Assembly: GCF_036321535.1 (NCBI RefSeq)
Contig: NC_087437.1
Coordinates: 111,230,001-111,294,000, forward strand
Origin: Camelus dromedarius
Lineage: Eukaryota
Length of the DNA stretch: 64,000 nt
Reading direction: 5' to 3'
Shown here: piece by piece, positions 25,995 through 37,443 of the stretch
How positions within the stretch are numbered: the first letter of the stretch is position 1
Layout of the letters: each line of letters opens with the position of its first letter
Position numbers and translations under genes: made by a program
The notes under the pieces: generated by a model
What the model was told of the DNA's origin: nothing
Databases searched by the model: none
The model's input: the letters and a program-made list of their open reading frames with translations, nothing else

Positions 25995-27195
25995 GCTGGG
26001 AGACATTAATTAAAGTGATTGCCAGAACAATCTATATTAAAAAGAGAAAAAAGAATCAAGGGCTGGTGTCCTACGGTTTCCCCCAGGCACTCTCCACGCG
26101 GTCCCCGTTCCGCGCACAGGCGCAGGCAGACACGCACGCCCCTCCCTCCTAGTCCCGTTGTGACCTGCTTGTGAATTCCTTGTCTCCCCTAAGAGCCATT
26201 ATCTGCTGTCAGTGGGAGCAGAGCATTCAGGATTCCCAGCAAGAGGAAGGGAGACCAGAAGGATTTATGGTGTCACTGCAGGAACACAAATTCTGCTTTC
26301 ACCCAGACTGACACCATAAATGGAGGCGTATAAATCAGAGCGGAGAGGGAAAAAGACCTAGTTTTCTCTTTCTGATGAACACAGGCTCTGAGGCCAGCCC
26401 TGATGTTTAACGCGTGATTTAAGGGGAGAGGAAGGAAGCTTTGTGCGCACGTGGCACAGGGAAGCCTTCAGTAGACGCTGATTGAGGACATCGTGGGAGA
26501 GGGCATCAGCCGTCCGTCCGGGGCGCTGGAGACGGGAGGGCTGGTGAGGATTCCTGCGCTCAGTTAGTGCACAGCTATTATTCTATCCTTTCCTGGAGCC
26601 GCATCTCTCCCTCCCCCAGGCCTTTGCCCTCCCCCATATCGTGAGGACCGGTGAACTCTTTTCCACCTTGAGCAGCACATCCCTCCTCTGCAAAGGTTTC
26701 CATGAGACACTCCCTTCTCCCCCTGCAGTCCTCCCTCCCTCCCTCCTTGTCTTCCTTCCTTCCTCTCCCCATTAGCACTATGTCACTAGAGCAGCAGTAT
26801 CCTGATCCTACTGTGTTCTTACTATTGTTTGCTCAGTTTTAACTACAAATAATGTGTTCACTTTGTGCCAGGCACTTTACGTGCTATATCTTGGCCACCA
26901 TCATCATCCCTCAGTTTACCGATGAACAGCCTGAGGTTTACTGAGGTTAAGTTTTTTGCCTGAGGCAAGACCTTGGTTGGCTCCAGAAGGCATGCTTTTA
27001 TTTTCACTACAAATTGGTGTGATTGGTAATCTCCTACACAATTTGCAGATGAAAACAAGGGAGCATTTCTTCATTTCTTTCTTCATTCACCAGACTTTTT
27101 GCTAGTTGAGTGCTTTGTCTCAGTCTCAGGCAGACATTGTGCGGGGTCCTGGGCTCAGAGGGTGAGTGACTTGGCCAGAGCCATGGAACCAAGAC

Positions 27196-27336
27196 TGCAC
27201 TATCCAACCCTGGCCGCTTGCCACATTTGCCTGTTGAACACTGGAAGTGTGCTTGATCTCAACTGAGATCAGCTGAGAGCGAGAAATACATGTCAAATTT
27301 CAGAGAGTTAGTGTGAAAAAAATGTAAAACTGTCTT
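27196..27336. mobile_element. hAT-Charlie relic, MER3/MER33-like
   Basis: gccacatttgcctgttgaacactggaagtgtgc...actgagat...atttcagagagttagtgtgaaaaaaatgtaaaa resembles MER33. Confidence 0.5.
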
Positions 27337-27347
27337 GTTAAGAATTA

Positions 27348-27820
27348 CTCACAATAGCCAAGATATGGAAACAAATTAACAGATGACATCTGTTGACGGA
27401 TGGATGGATAAAGAAAATGTAACATAATGCATATATAATAGAATATTATTTAGCCACGAAAAAGAAGGAAATCCTGCCATTTGTGACAACATGGATAAAC
27501 TTGTAGGACATTATGCTGAGTAGAATGAGCTAAACATAGAAAGACAAATATTGCATGATCTCACTTATATGGAATCTTAAAAAAAAATCAAACTCATGGA
27601 AACAAGTAGAAAGGTGATTACCAGAGGAGGGGTCGCAGGGAGCTATTGCTTTAAGAGTACAGAGCTTCAGTTTTGCAAGATGAAAAGAGTTCTGGAGATG
27701 GATGGGTGTGATGATTGTATGACAATATGAATATACTTAATACCATTGAATGGTGTACTTGATAATGCTTGATTTTCTGTTAGGTGTCTTTTATCAAAAT
27801 CAAAATAAATAAGAAAAAAA
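27348..27820 (+). mobile_element. L1MA/L1MB-like ORF2 end plus 3'UTR
   Basis: tcacaatagccaagatatggaaaca...ggaaatcctgccatttgtgacaacatggat...gacaaatattgcatgatctcacttata, with an A-rich tail. Confidence 0.8.
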
Positions 27821-29948
27821 CAGACAAGAACTTAAGGAGTGTGTATGTCTATTTTCACTATTATGTGAAAACATTTAAAGAATGAAGACTTTATGGGACT
27901 GAAAGCAGTTGGGCTAAATGAAAGTTGATGGGATGCAAGCTAGTCAAAATAAAATTTGGTTCAAAAAGAAGCAGAGGGGGAGGTAAGGGTGGCAGGGTGC
28001 TAGTACCAGATTTTGAAGGATTTTTAATTTCTTATTAAGGAATCAAGTTTGTATTAAAGATTTCTGAGCACAGAAGATGATCATAACCATCTTTAGAAAG
28101 AAAACATGCCTCAGTGTGTAGACAAGGAAGAAGCTGGAGACTTGAGGGAACCTCAGGGAGCCCTCAGGAGGCTGGACCAGCAGCAATGGGGGTGGTGAGC
28201 AAGGAAACTTACAGAAGAGACTTGGTGATTGGTTATCTCTGGGGAAAGGGGAAGGGGGTGGAGGGAGTGGACTGCTCAGCCAGTAGATGGGGAGGATGAT
28301 GGCCTCAGTGTGGAGAGCACAGACAGCGATTGTCTTAGGGGAGGAACATAGTGGGTGTGCTCTTGGAGAGGCTGTGATGGGAGGTTTGGGTTGCAGGCTG
28401 TCCATGTGGGTGTCCCCGGGGCAGTGGGGAGTTGCTGTTCTCAGCCAGTTGACAGTGATGGCTGGGGAGAGGTAGTCATGCCGAACCATGCCATTATCTT
28501 TTGGATTCCATGGATCAATTGCTTCTAGATGATGTAATTTGAGGCTTCCTCAGTATTGTCCCCGAGTTACGTTCTAGGTGATTAAAAATGGGGCTGAGTT
28601 GGAAGAGAGATGGAGCAGGATGAGGCTGCTGGGGGATCGGTGTTGAAGGGTATTTGAGACAAATGGGCATTCAGTTTTTTAACCAATGTATTTAGTGATT
28701 TAATGTATTTTTTGCTTCGGGAGCCGGGCGCTGTGGGGAATACCAAAATGAATTACCCCTGGTTTCAAAAAACTTGTATTCTTGTTACTGAGCTGGGGCT
28801 TTTTGACTCTCTTCCAAAACCAAGGAGGAATGATTCTAGCATTACCTGTTTTAATTCGTACCTCGTCTCCCCTTAGGATTCCTGAATTTTGGTGAATTCC
28901 AGCTGGGCAGGGAATTAGGGGTTACTTTTATCCTTATGGATAATAAATACATTTTGATGAAAAGGAAGCACACATATTTTAATGAAGTAGATGGGCTTTT
29001 GGCAAGAATTCCAACAATTGCACAATTCTGCCCTTCCTGAGGCACCTGGTCAGGCCACCTTGCTGTCTCAAAATTCTCTTGCATTTTTCCTCCCTCACAG
29101 GAACCAGTTTCTCGTTTTGCACCAGCAGGATGTTTCCAGGGTGTCAGGACGTGATTTGCTTTCTGAATCAGAGCTGGACTCATGGCACAGAGACCCGGTT
29201 ATCGTGGCTTCAGAACTTCCCGGGGAGGACATGGGAGGGTCTCCCAGCCCTGCATTGTGAGCTGGCTTGATTTTTTTCTTAAACTAGAGTTGAGCTCTTT
29301 GCATTTATCCAGCTCTGGGTTCTGCTCTTGTCGCCAGGATCGGTCCTAATGAGCTCTGTTGTTTAAACTGGGGAAGGCAACTTTTCCCCCTCATTTCCAC
29401 AAAGACAGATTTGAGCGTGCCGCCGCGGGAGGGTGGCCGGCGGGGGGCCCGGGGTCAGAGCTGTCCTGTTTTGCTGTATAAATAGCAGCAATTAATGGGC
29501 CCCTAGAAAAGAATTTGGCCTTGCTGTCTAGCATCCTTTCTCCGGGAATTGGAGCAACCCTGAAATTAATTATAAAGCCGGCTGGGGATATTTTCTGCTT
29601 TCTGTTAAATAAGTATCCTCCACACAGGCGCCCGTTTCACTCCGATGCGTTTACACCAACCGTTTCTCGGAAAGAAGGCGTGAAACCAATTTATTTCCAA
29701 TATGTCCCACTGGGTCATGCTAATCACCACAGTTTTCAGCCCTTTTACACCGAATTCAGGCTTGGGCTGGAGCCTGGAGCCTCAGAGCTCTCGGCCCCTT
29801 GCTGTTTTCTTTGTGGCTTTCAGGGCGTCCCTTCCAGCTCAGCCCCGCTCAGTGGACTTCATCCAGTTTTGTCACCCAGATTTGATTGTTGTAGTAACAT
29901 CTACAAAGCAAGCCATCCTGTCATCACTCATAACTTTCACGAAGGTTC

Positions 29949-30328
29949 TGTGTTAGTCTGCTCAGGCTGCCACCACAAAATACTCCAGCGTGGTGGCTTA
30001 AACAACACATTCAATGTCTCGCTGTTCTGGAGGCTGGAAGTCCAGGAATAAGGTGTCAGCCAGTTTGATTTCTCCCGAGACCTCTCTCCTCGGCTCCCAG
30101 ATGGCCGTCCTCTTGCTGTGTCCTCACATGGCCTTTTCTCTGTGTGGGCAGATCCCTGGTGTCTCTTCCTCTTCTTACAAGGACACCAGTCCTATTGGCT
30201 TAGGGCCCCACCCTTATGTCCTCACTTCACCTTAATTACCTCTGTAAAGACCGAACTCCAAGTAGTCACCTTGGGGGTTGAATCTTTAACATGTGAAGTT
30301 GAGGGGAGACACAATTCGGTCCATAACA
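29949..30328 (-). mobile_element. MLT1A-like solo LTR
   Basis: tgtgttagtctgctcaggctgcc...ctgtgtcctcacatgg...ggagacacaattcggtccataaca. Confidence 0.8.
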
Positions 30329-30379
30329 GGTTCCGACATAGTTAATAGAATCATTTCTCCCAACTGCACTTGCATTTAT

Positions 30380-30860
30380 TCTTTCGTTCATTCAAGATGT
30401 ATTCACTGAGTGTTGTCCATGAGCCAGAGACCCTTCTGGATGCTGAGAAAATGACAGCGGAGGAGACAGAGGACTGTCTCTTCCCTCTGGGAGCTGCCAT
30501 GGGTCAAGCAGGTTCTACACTCAGTAGATGAGTTCTGTAGGATTAAAGAAGGGATAAGTATGAGGGGGACAAGCAGACGGAAGGGGATGGTGAGTGCCGA
30601 GTGGGTGTGGCTGTCACTAGGTGGGTCAGGAGAGCCCCTCTGAAGTGACACCTCGGCAAGTCTTGGAGGCGAGGGAGTGAGTCTGTGGCCAGGGCGGGAA
30701 TACACCTGTCACATCCTAGGAACTGCAGGGAGGCCAGTGGTTGAGCAGAGAGAATGAGGAGACTGGAGGGGGATGCGGTCAGAGACATAGGCAGCTGCGT
30801 GTGGGGTCTCCAGTCTATGGGAGACATGGGATTCTGGTTGGTTCTTGCTTTGGGAGAACT
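30380..30860 (-). mobile_element. L2 relic
   Basis: ttcattcaagatgtattcactgagtg...ggtcaggagagcccctctgaagtgaca...ggaactgcagggaggccagtgg are typical antisense L2 3' motifs. Confidence 0.55.
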
Positions 30861-33364
30861 TTCCTGTCCCTTGAGATTAGCTGTTCTAGAGAAGGTGACA
30901 GATGGTTCAGACAAGCTTAGGGGGGAGAAAGGGTGTACCTGGCAGGGGTACAGCCCAGAATTAGACGTTGGGGTGGGAGGGAACTAAGGGCACACGGGCG
31001 TGGCTGATGAGAGAATGAGGCTGCTTCCCTGATGGACGCCAGGTGCCCAGAAAGCAGGCTTTAACGCAGATCATGGCTATCTTCTCCAGCACCCCTTCCC
31101 CGTAGTGACTTCTCCCAGCTCTCAGCCAGACTTTCAGGAAGTAAGAACCTGCTTTCTGCAGCAAGATGGCTGTACAGCTGCGGTCCACACGTGGTGAGCA
31201 GGAGACCACTGTCCCTGTGCCTTTAGCTTGGCAGTGGTCCTGAGTTTCAGTCTCTGCTCTGGCTCACCCGAGAGGGTCACCAGGGATACTGTTTGTTCAG
31301 GGTCATCTGGTCTGTATTCTAGCAGGAGACCTTAGTGTGCGTCGTCTGGCTTCTGTAAGGCATGCATGTAATGGGGGTGCTGTGGCCACCTGTCCACCCT
31401 CCCTCTCCCCTGGCCTCCTCCCTTCCTTCCTCTTTCCTTAACTTGCCCAGACGTTGGCTGTGTTCTTGGTCCAGTACATGTTTATTGAGCTTCTCTGTTC
31501 CTGACACTGCGAGGCACTGGGCATGGAAGGGTGAGTGATGTTTGCAGTGACAATGGGGGCTGGTGCCAGGAACGGGGTTCTAGAAGAGTATTCTATGTAA
31601 AAGGACGAGGCTCGAAGAAGAGCAAGAAGGATCCAGCAGGGCTAATTCCAGAATCTAGGGAGGGGATCTGGAAGTGGGAGAAATGTGTGCCCGGGAGAAG
31701 GAACGTCCTATTGTTGCCCAGTGGAAAAGCAGAATAGAGTAAAGGGATTGTGGAAGCTGCCGGCTGGGAGGTGGGGGGAGGGCGTGGGAGCAGCTCTAAT
31801 CAGGCCGGTTAGGGAAGGCTCTCTGAGAAGTGGGGGGTGGGGGCTGTGTTTCTGCACCACAGTCGCACATGAGCTGAAACCACGTCCACAGGTGGCATCA
31901 CATTTGATCATTCTAATGGTTGAAGGGAAGGATTTTGGTCCCCCTGTGTTGTCGCTGAGGAAGGCGAGGGCTTGAGGGGCTAGGTTACCCAAGGCAGGCG
32001 TAGAGATGGCCCCAAACTCACCATCCTGACCGGCCATGGCAGATTGGGGGGATCGTTTGTTCTTTCTTTTCTTTCTTTCCTTCCTGTCCTTGGTCTTGAT
32101 GAGCCAAGCCCAGGGCTGGAAGCCGGGAACACAAAAGTAAGGAGGCCAGACAACTCCTGCTTTCCTGGAAATGACAGCGGGGAGGGAGTCCCCAGTTGTT
32201 CAGAGTGTGTGTGTGATGGGTGTGACAGCTGGGGAAGTAAGTGCAGGGTGACACGAGCCAGTCTGGAGGGGAGAAGCCAACTGTAATCTGAGGTCAGAGA
32301 GAGGACTGGGAGGTGGGAGTTGGCCAGATGGAGAGCGCTGGGTGGGAGGGGATTCCAGGCAGGAATAGGAGACCGGAGGTAGGGAGAGGAGCCCCATCCA
32401 GGCCAGAGAGGATGGTGGTGCAGCACGCAGTGGAGGGGAATGGGGAGGACAGATTTTAAGAGGTGGAGGTGACAGGCCCTGGTGATGAATGAGCTGTGGG
32501 ACTAGGAGTGCGGTGGGTGGGGGATGATACACAGCTGGGGTTCAAGGGCGCCTGTGGAGGGAGGTATCTTGGGCTGAGCTGGGGAGCCTCAGGGAGGAAC
32601 AGGGGTAAGTGATGGCTTTGGAAGCCCATGAACCATCCAGATGGAGATATCCACAGGCCCGTCAGAGCTCGGGACAGAGGTATGAGCGGGATGGAGGAGA
32701 TGGCACTTCTCAGCAGATGGAAGGTCATAGGAGTCACAGAAGTGGAAGAGATGGATGGGACATCCCTAATGTGAGGAGGGAGGAGACCCTCGGGAAGGCT
32801 GGGTTGGGAGGAAGAACAGGAGGTGCAAGGCCCGCAGACGGCAAGGAGAGGGAGTGACCTCATGGACTGGGTGGTCAGGAGGCACCAGGGACCCTGGCAA
32901 GGACTTAGGCAGTGATGGGGATGGGAGCTGGGTGACGGGGGCTTCCTGGCTTCTGCTTTTACTCACTCTTCCTGCACAAAATATGCAAATCCTAACAGTG
33001 GACCCTTATTGAGGGCTCCCATGAATGTGCCCAGCACTCAGCATCCTTCCTGGGTCTCCTCAGTTATATCCCCAACATCCCTGTGAGGTAGGCACTATTC
33101 TCCGCCTCAGTTTTTATAACAGTGAAGGAACTCAGGTGGCAGAGGCAGGCTCTGAGGTCAAGGCGCCCAGCCCTGGAGCCTGGGTGCCCAGCTGCTGTGC
33201 CGGACCACCATCTGAACTTCCACAGTGTGGAAGGCAGGGTGATGTCAGGAAAGGGGCCATCAGATCTGACCCCGGCCCTTGGAGAATGGACGCTAGCCCT
33301 TGGTTCTTACTTAGAGTCAGGCTCTTCTGCAGGGCAAGGGAACCCTTAGAACTGTATGATGCTC

Positions 33365-33745
33365 AGACGGTCTGTTCTGCTTGGCCAGCTATAACAAAAG
33401 ACCACAGACTGGGTGGCTTCAATGACAATCATTTGTTTCCTGACAGCTGTGGAGGCTGGAAGTCCAAGATCAAGATGCCGGTAGGGCTGCTTTCTGGTGA
33501 GGCGTGTCTCCTTGGTTTGGAGGTGGCTGTCCTCTTGCTGTGTCCTCACATGGCCTTTCCTCTGTGCATATGTGGGCAGAGGGATCTCCAGTATCTCTTC
33601 CTTGTCTTGCATGGGCAGCAGTCCTACCGCTCTTATGACCTCATTTAATCTTTTTACTGCTAAAGGCCCTATCTCCAAATATAGTCACGTTAGGGGTTAG
33701 GGCTTCAACATGTGAATTTGGAGGTACACAGTGCAGCCCATGATG
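33365..33745 (-). mobile_element. MLT1A-like solo LTR
   Basis: gctataacaaaagaccacagactgggtggctt...aagtccaagatcaag...ggggttagggcttcaacatgtgaattt. Confidence 0.75.
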
Positions 33746-33992
33746 AGTGGCTGTCTTAAGCCACTATAACAAAATCTGAATTATCCCTGCAAATGGGCCT
33801 GAAGGTCCACATCTCTTTCATAGTGTGCGTTTGGCACGTAGGACAGTGTCAGGTATATTTTAGGTGCTTAATAAATGTTTGCTGAAGAAGAAAAGATTCA
33901 TTTGCGTTTAACATGTAGTATTCATTAAGAAACCAACATGTTTTGGAAACAAATCTCTTTTTGGCTAATTTCCATGTAAAAAGAAAATTCAG

Positions 33993-34115
33993 GGGGCTGG
34001 GTATAGCTCAGTGGTAGAGCACATGCTGAGCATGCATGAGATCCTGGGTTCAATCCCCAGGACTTTCATTAGAAAAAATGAAAAAAATCTATAACAAAAT
34101 TGAAAAAAAAAAAAA
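33993..34115 (+). mobile_element. Vic-1-type tRNA-derived SINE with TSD
   Basis: GGGGCTGGGTATAGCTCAGTGGTAGAGC head, GGTTCAATCCCC B box, long A tail. 15-bp TSD AAAAAGAAAAT(T/C)CAG at 33978-33992 and 34116-34130. Confidence 0.88.
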
Positions 34116-34218
34116 AAAAAGAAAATCCAGCTGATCAGGGCCTCCTATTCTCTTTGTGTTCTGATTATTTAAGATTTCACGGTATAAAAGCACTTTGATT
34201 AGAGAAAGACCAAACTCA

Positions 34219-34450
34219 GGGAGTGGGAGGGGACAGACTGGGATTTCAAAATGCAGAATAGATCACCAAGATTATACTGTATAGCACAGGGAAATATATA
34301 CAAGATCTTATGGTAGCTCACAGAGAAAAAAATGTGACAATGAATATATGTATGTTCATGTATAACTGAAAAATTGTGCTCTACACTGGAATTTGACACA
34401 ACATTGTAAAATGATTATAACTCAATAAAAAATGTTAAATAAATAAAAAA
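34219..34450 (+). mobile_element. young camelid-type L1 3' end with TSD
   Basis: tatactgtatagcacagggaaatatatacaa...gacacaacattgtaaaatgattataactcAATAAAaaa. 16-bp TSD at 34203-34218 and 34451-34466. Confidence 0.8.
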
Positions 34451-36216
34451 AGAAAGACTGAACTTACAAAAACACATGATACATTGTCTAATGGGTAAAC
34501 ATATATGTTTTTGTGATATTTTAAAGAGCAGTGTCTTTGATCAGGGGTTTCCTTCCTCAGCCGTTTTACATCTGCCTTTTCATTCTGGAGATTGGCTACA
34601 TGAACAATCCTTGATGTGTTGCAGAGGAATGAATTTAAAGGCAGTGAAGGGTGACTCGGGATGAAGGGATGCGTTTTAAATCCTGTTAACTCTGATCCCA
34701 TGTAGACAGTCTCCACTGAGTCAATATTTAAAGAAGATGGGAGACTAGACTGATATTAAACCACTGCCTTGGGATTTAAAAGTGACTCTATTCCAGAGAG
34801 TTCAAAACACTGAAATGTAGTTCAGGCTTCTCCTTCTTCTTTGTAATATGCTAAAGCACCGGGTCAAGGAAGTCACATTTTTTTTTTCTTAGCTGAACTT
34901 AGCTTGAATGCTTTTCGCCCTCTCTACAGGTTGCCTCAGTGAAAGTAAAATGGTAATGATAATAGGGGCATCAATTTCAGGAGCATTTACTAGGTGTCAG
35001 ATGTTGTTCTGAGTGCTTTACACAGTACGTTATCTCAGGTACCGATTGGTTTGTGGAGGTGTGAGCCGTGACCGGGGCCATATGCCTTTGTGCATCCTAA
35101 GTAAAATTCTACGCTGGAATTTTTCTCCTGATACATAGCCAGGGCCGTGAAGCGTGAATGCCTTTCTGCAGCTGGCCCCTCTCCTAATGACCTGGGATCC
35201 ACGTACTCCCGTTCCTTCTTTCCTGCGGTGGGGACGGTGGGGGACAGTGGTGCCCCTCTTCCCTGCAGAGAGGAGTTCCTCCCCCTGTTCCTTTCCTCCC
35301 TCAGGAACTCCTTGCCTGAAGTCTTCCCTTCTCTCCTGTATCTTCTATTTCTCTGCCCCACAGGTGCTGCCTCTTCCTCTTAAATCTGCTCTTTTTTTTT
35401 CTTTTTTTTTTTGGCCTTTGGGGATTTCCTTTTCTTTCTTATGGGCTTAGCTATTTAAAAGTTTACTGATCTTGTCCATCACTGGTAGGTATTTTTCTGG
35501 TGGTGGGAGGTGGGACTTGCCATATTGTGAAAAGTGCAACTTCTTTTCACACTGAGGGAAGTTGCTGAATAATCCGGTTCAGCTGTGCTATTCAGGAGCC
35601 GTGTCATTCTCTTGCTACTAATTTCCCGCCACTCGGAAATACGGGGGCAGTCTGTGAAAACAGATTCCTCTGTAAAATTTTAGGAGGCTTTGCAACTGGG
35701 ATCCATTGAAGAGAACCAGGTTGGGAGTTCCAGTCTAGTCCTTGGACTTGGTCCTCAGTCAGTCCGCGCAGATTTAATCTTTAAAACTCTCCTCACTAAA
35801 GCAGTTTATCTTTTCAGCTAGAGACCCATCATCACACTGGGCTCCACCCTGGTAGGATCAGTGCCTGTAAGTCTCTGATTACTGTCAAATTAAATTAGAT
35901 GCTTCCCTTTGGTAATCATTGATCATTGCCTTTTCCTTCATTTCCCATTCAGTTTTCCCATTTTGATTGTTACAATTGAAGTTGATGAAATGATTTTGTG
36001 TAATCAAGAATGGCATTCTATTTGCAGCATTATCAGTGCAGAGCTTACAAGTTTAGGGATGCCTACAAGAAAGGGTGTTTAAAAATAGAGAGAGGGCTTT
36101 ACAGGAAACCTTCTCCAGGTAAGGCTGCCTAAGGGTCCAGGTTTTTCACTGAGGGACTCTGAGAATCAGTAGAACTTGGGAACCAAGAAGTCAGAGGGTG
36201 GTGGGGCACACACCTG

Positions 36217-36673
36217 GTGTGTTAGTGTCCTGTGCTGCTGTAATGAATTATCACAAACTGAGTGGCTTAAAAACAACAGAAATCTATTCTCTCACAGTTC
36301 TGGAGGCCAAAAGTCCAAAATCAATCTCATTGGAACAAAATCAAGGTGTCGACAGGGCTGTGCTCCCTCTGATGGCTCCGGAGGATCCGTCCTTTGCCTC
36401 TGCCAGCCTCTGGTGGCTGCATTACTCCTTGGCTTGTGGCCCATCACGGCCATCTCTGCCCCCTTCATCACTTGGATGTCTGTGTGAATGTGTGTGAAAT
36501 CTCCCACTGCCTCTATTTTAATAAAGACACTTGTGCTGACAGATAGGGTGCACCCAGACAATCTAGGTTAATCTCATCTCAAAATCCTTCCCTTTTTCCA
36601 AATAAGGTCACATTTACGTGGTCCAAGGATGGGGACTTAGTGTCTCTGGGTAGCTGTTATATAACCTGCTACA
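36217..36673 (-). mobile_element. MLT1C/D-like solo LTR
   Basis: tgtgttagtgtcctgtgctgctgtaa...ctcacagttctggaggcc...ctcatctcaaaatccttc...cctgctaca. Confidence 0.75.
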
Positions 36674-36903
36674 GGCAATTAAAGGGTGAAGCAGAATATC
36701 CTAATGATAATCGTGTGCTCTGTTAGGGAAGGCAGATCGTATTACTGCTGGGCTTTCAGGCTGTTGTTTATTCATAGTACTTTTAAGAGTTTCATTGCCA
36801 AAGGGTGTAATTTTTAAAACATTGTAACATAGACTCGAGCAAAGACGGAATCTTATTGTACTTTCCAGCATCCCTTTTTCTCTCCACCCCCCACAAGATG
36901 ATG

Positions 36904-36906
<3 letters not shown>

Positions 36907-36945
<39 letters not shown>
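36907..36945. repeat. (AT)n microsatellite
   Basis: Visible perfect run. Confidence 0.95.
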
Positions 36946-36948
<3 letters not shown>

Positions 36949-37139
36949 ACAAATGTGTACAGTTTTAAAAGCTTTTAGTCTAGTATCTGTTGAACTAGGG
37001 GGGGTCAAACTACAGCCCGCTTCTGTGAGTGGACAGCATCACCCTCACATTGCCCTGGGACAGTGCAGGCACCCGGCTTGTGTGGTCCAGTGGCTCGTTA
37101 TCCCCTCTTAGTCATTATGGGCCTGAAAATCCCCATTAA

Positions 37140-37443
37140 AATGGGCGAAGGTGATCAAAAGGTACAAACGTCCAGTTATAAGATAAAGAAGTCCTGGGGA
37201 TGTAATGTAAAATGTGATGAATATCGTTAACGATGCTGTATTGTCCATTAGAAAGTTGCTAACACTGAAGATCTTAAAAGTTCTCATCCTACACACAAAC
37301 TTGTAATGATGGTGATGGATGTTAACTAAACTTATTGTGATAAATATTTCCCAGTATATACATATACCAAATCCTTATTGGATACTTGAAACGAATACAG
37401 TGTTATATGTCAACTATATCTCAACTCAAAAACTAAAAATGAA
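37140..37443 (+). mobile_element. L1MA-like 3'UTR
   Basis: aaaggtacaaacgtccagttataagataa...gatcttaaaagttctcatc...gttatatgtcaactatatctcaa, followed by an A-tail. Confidence 0.8.

Noticed and set aside
29515..30051. 178-aa ORF
   Set aside because: Non-ATG start, runs into an MLT1 LTR, and shows no protein similarity I recognise.
33025..33648. 207-aa ORF
   Set aside because: Spans MIR-like and MLT1 LTR sequence. Similar peptides (HSSGGWKSKIK, LLCPHMAF) recur in other MLT1 copies here, so it is repeat-derived.
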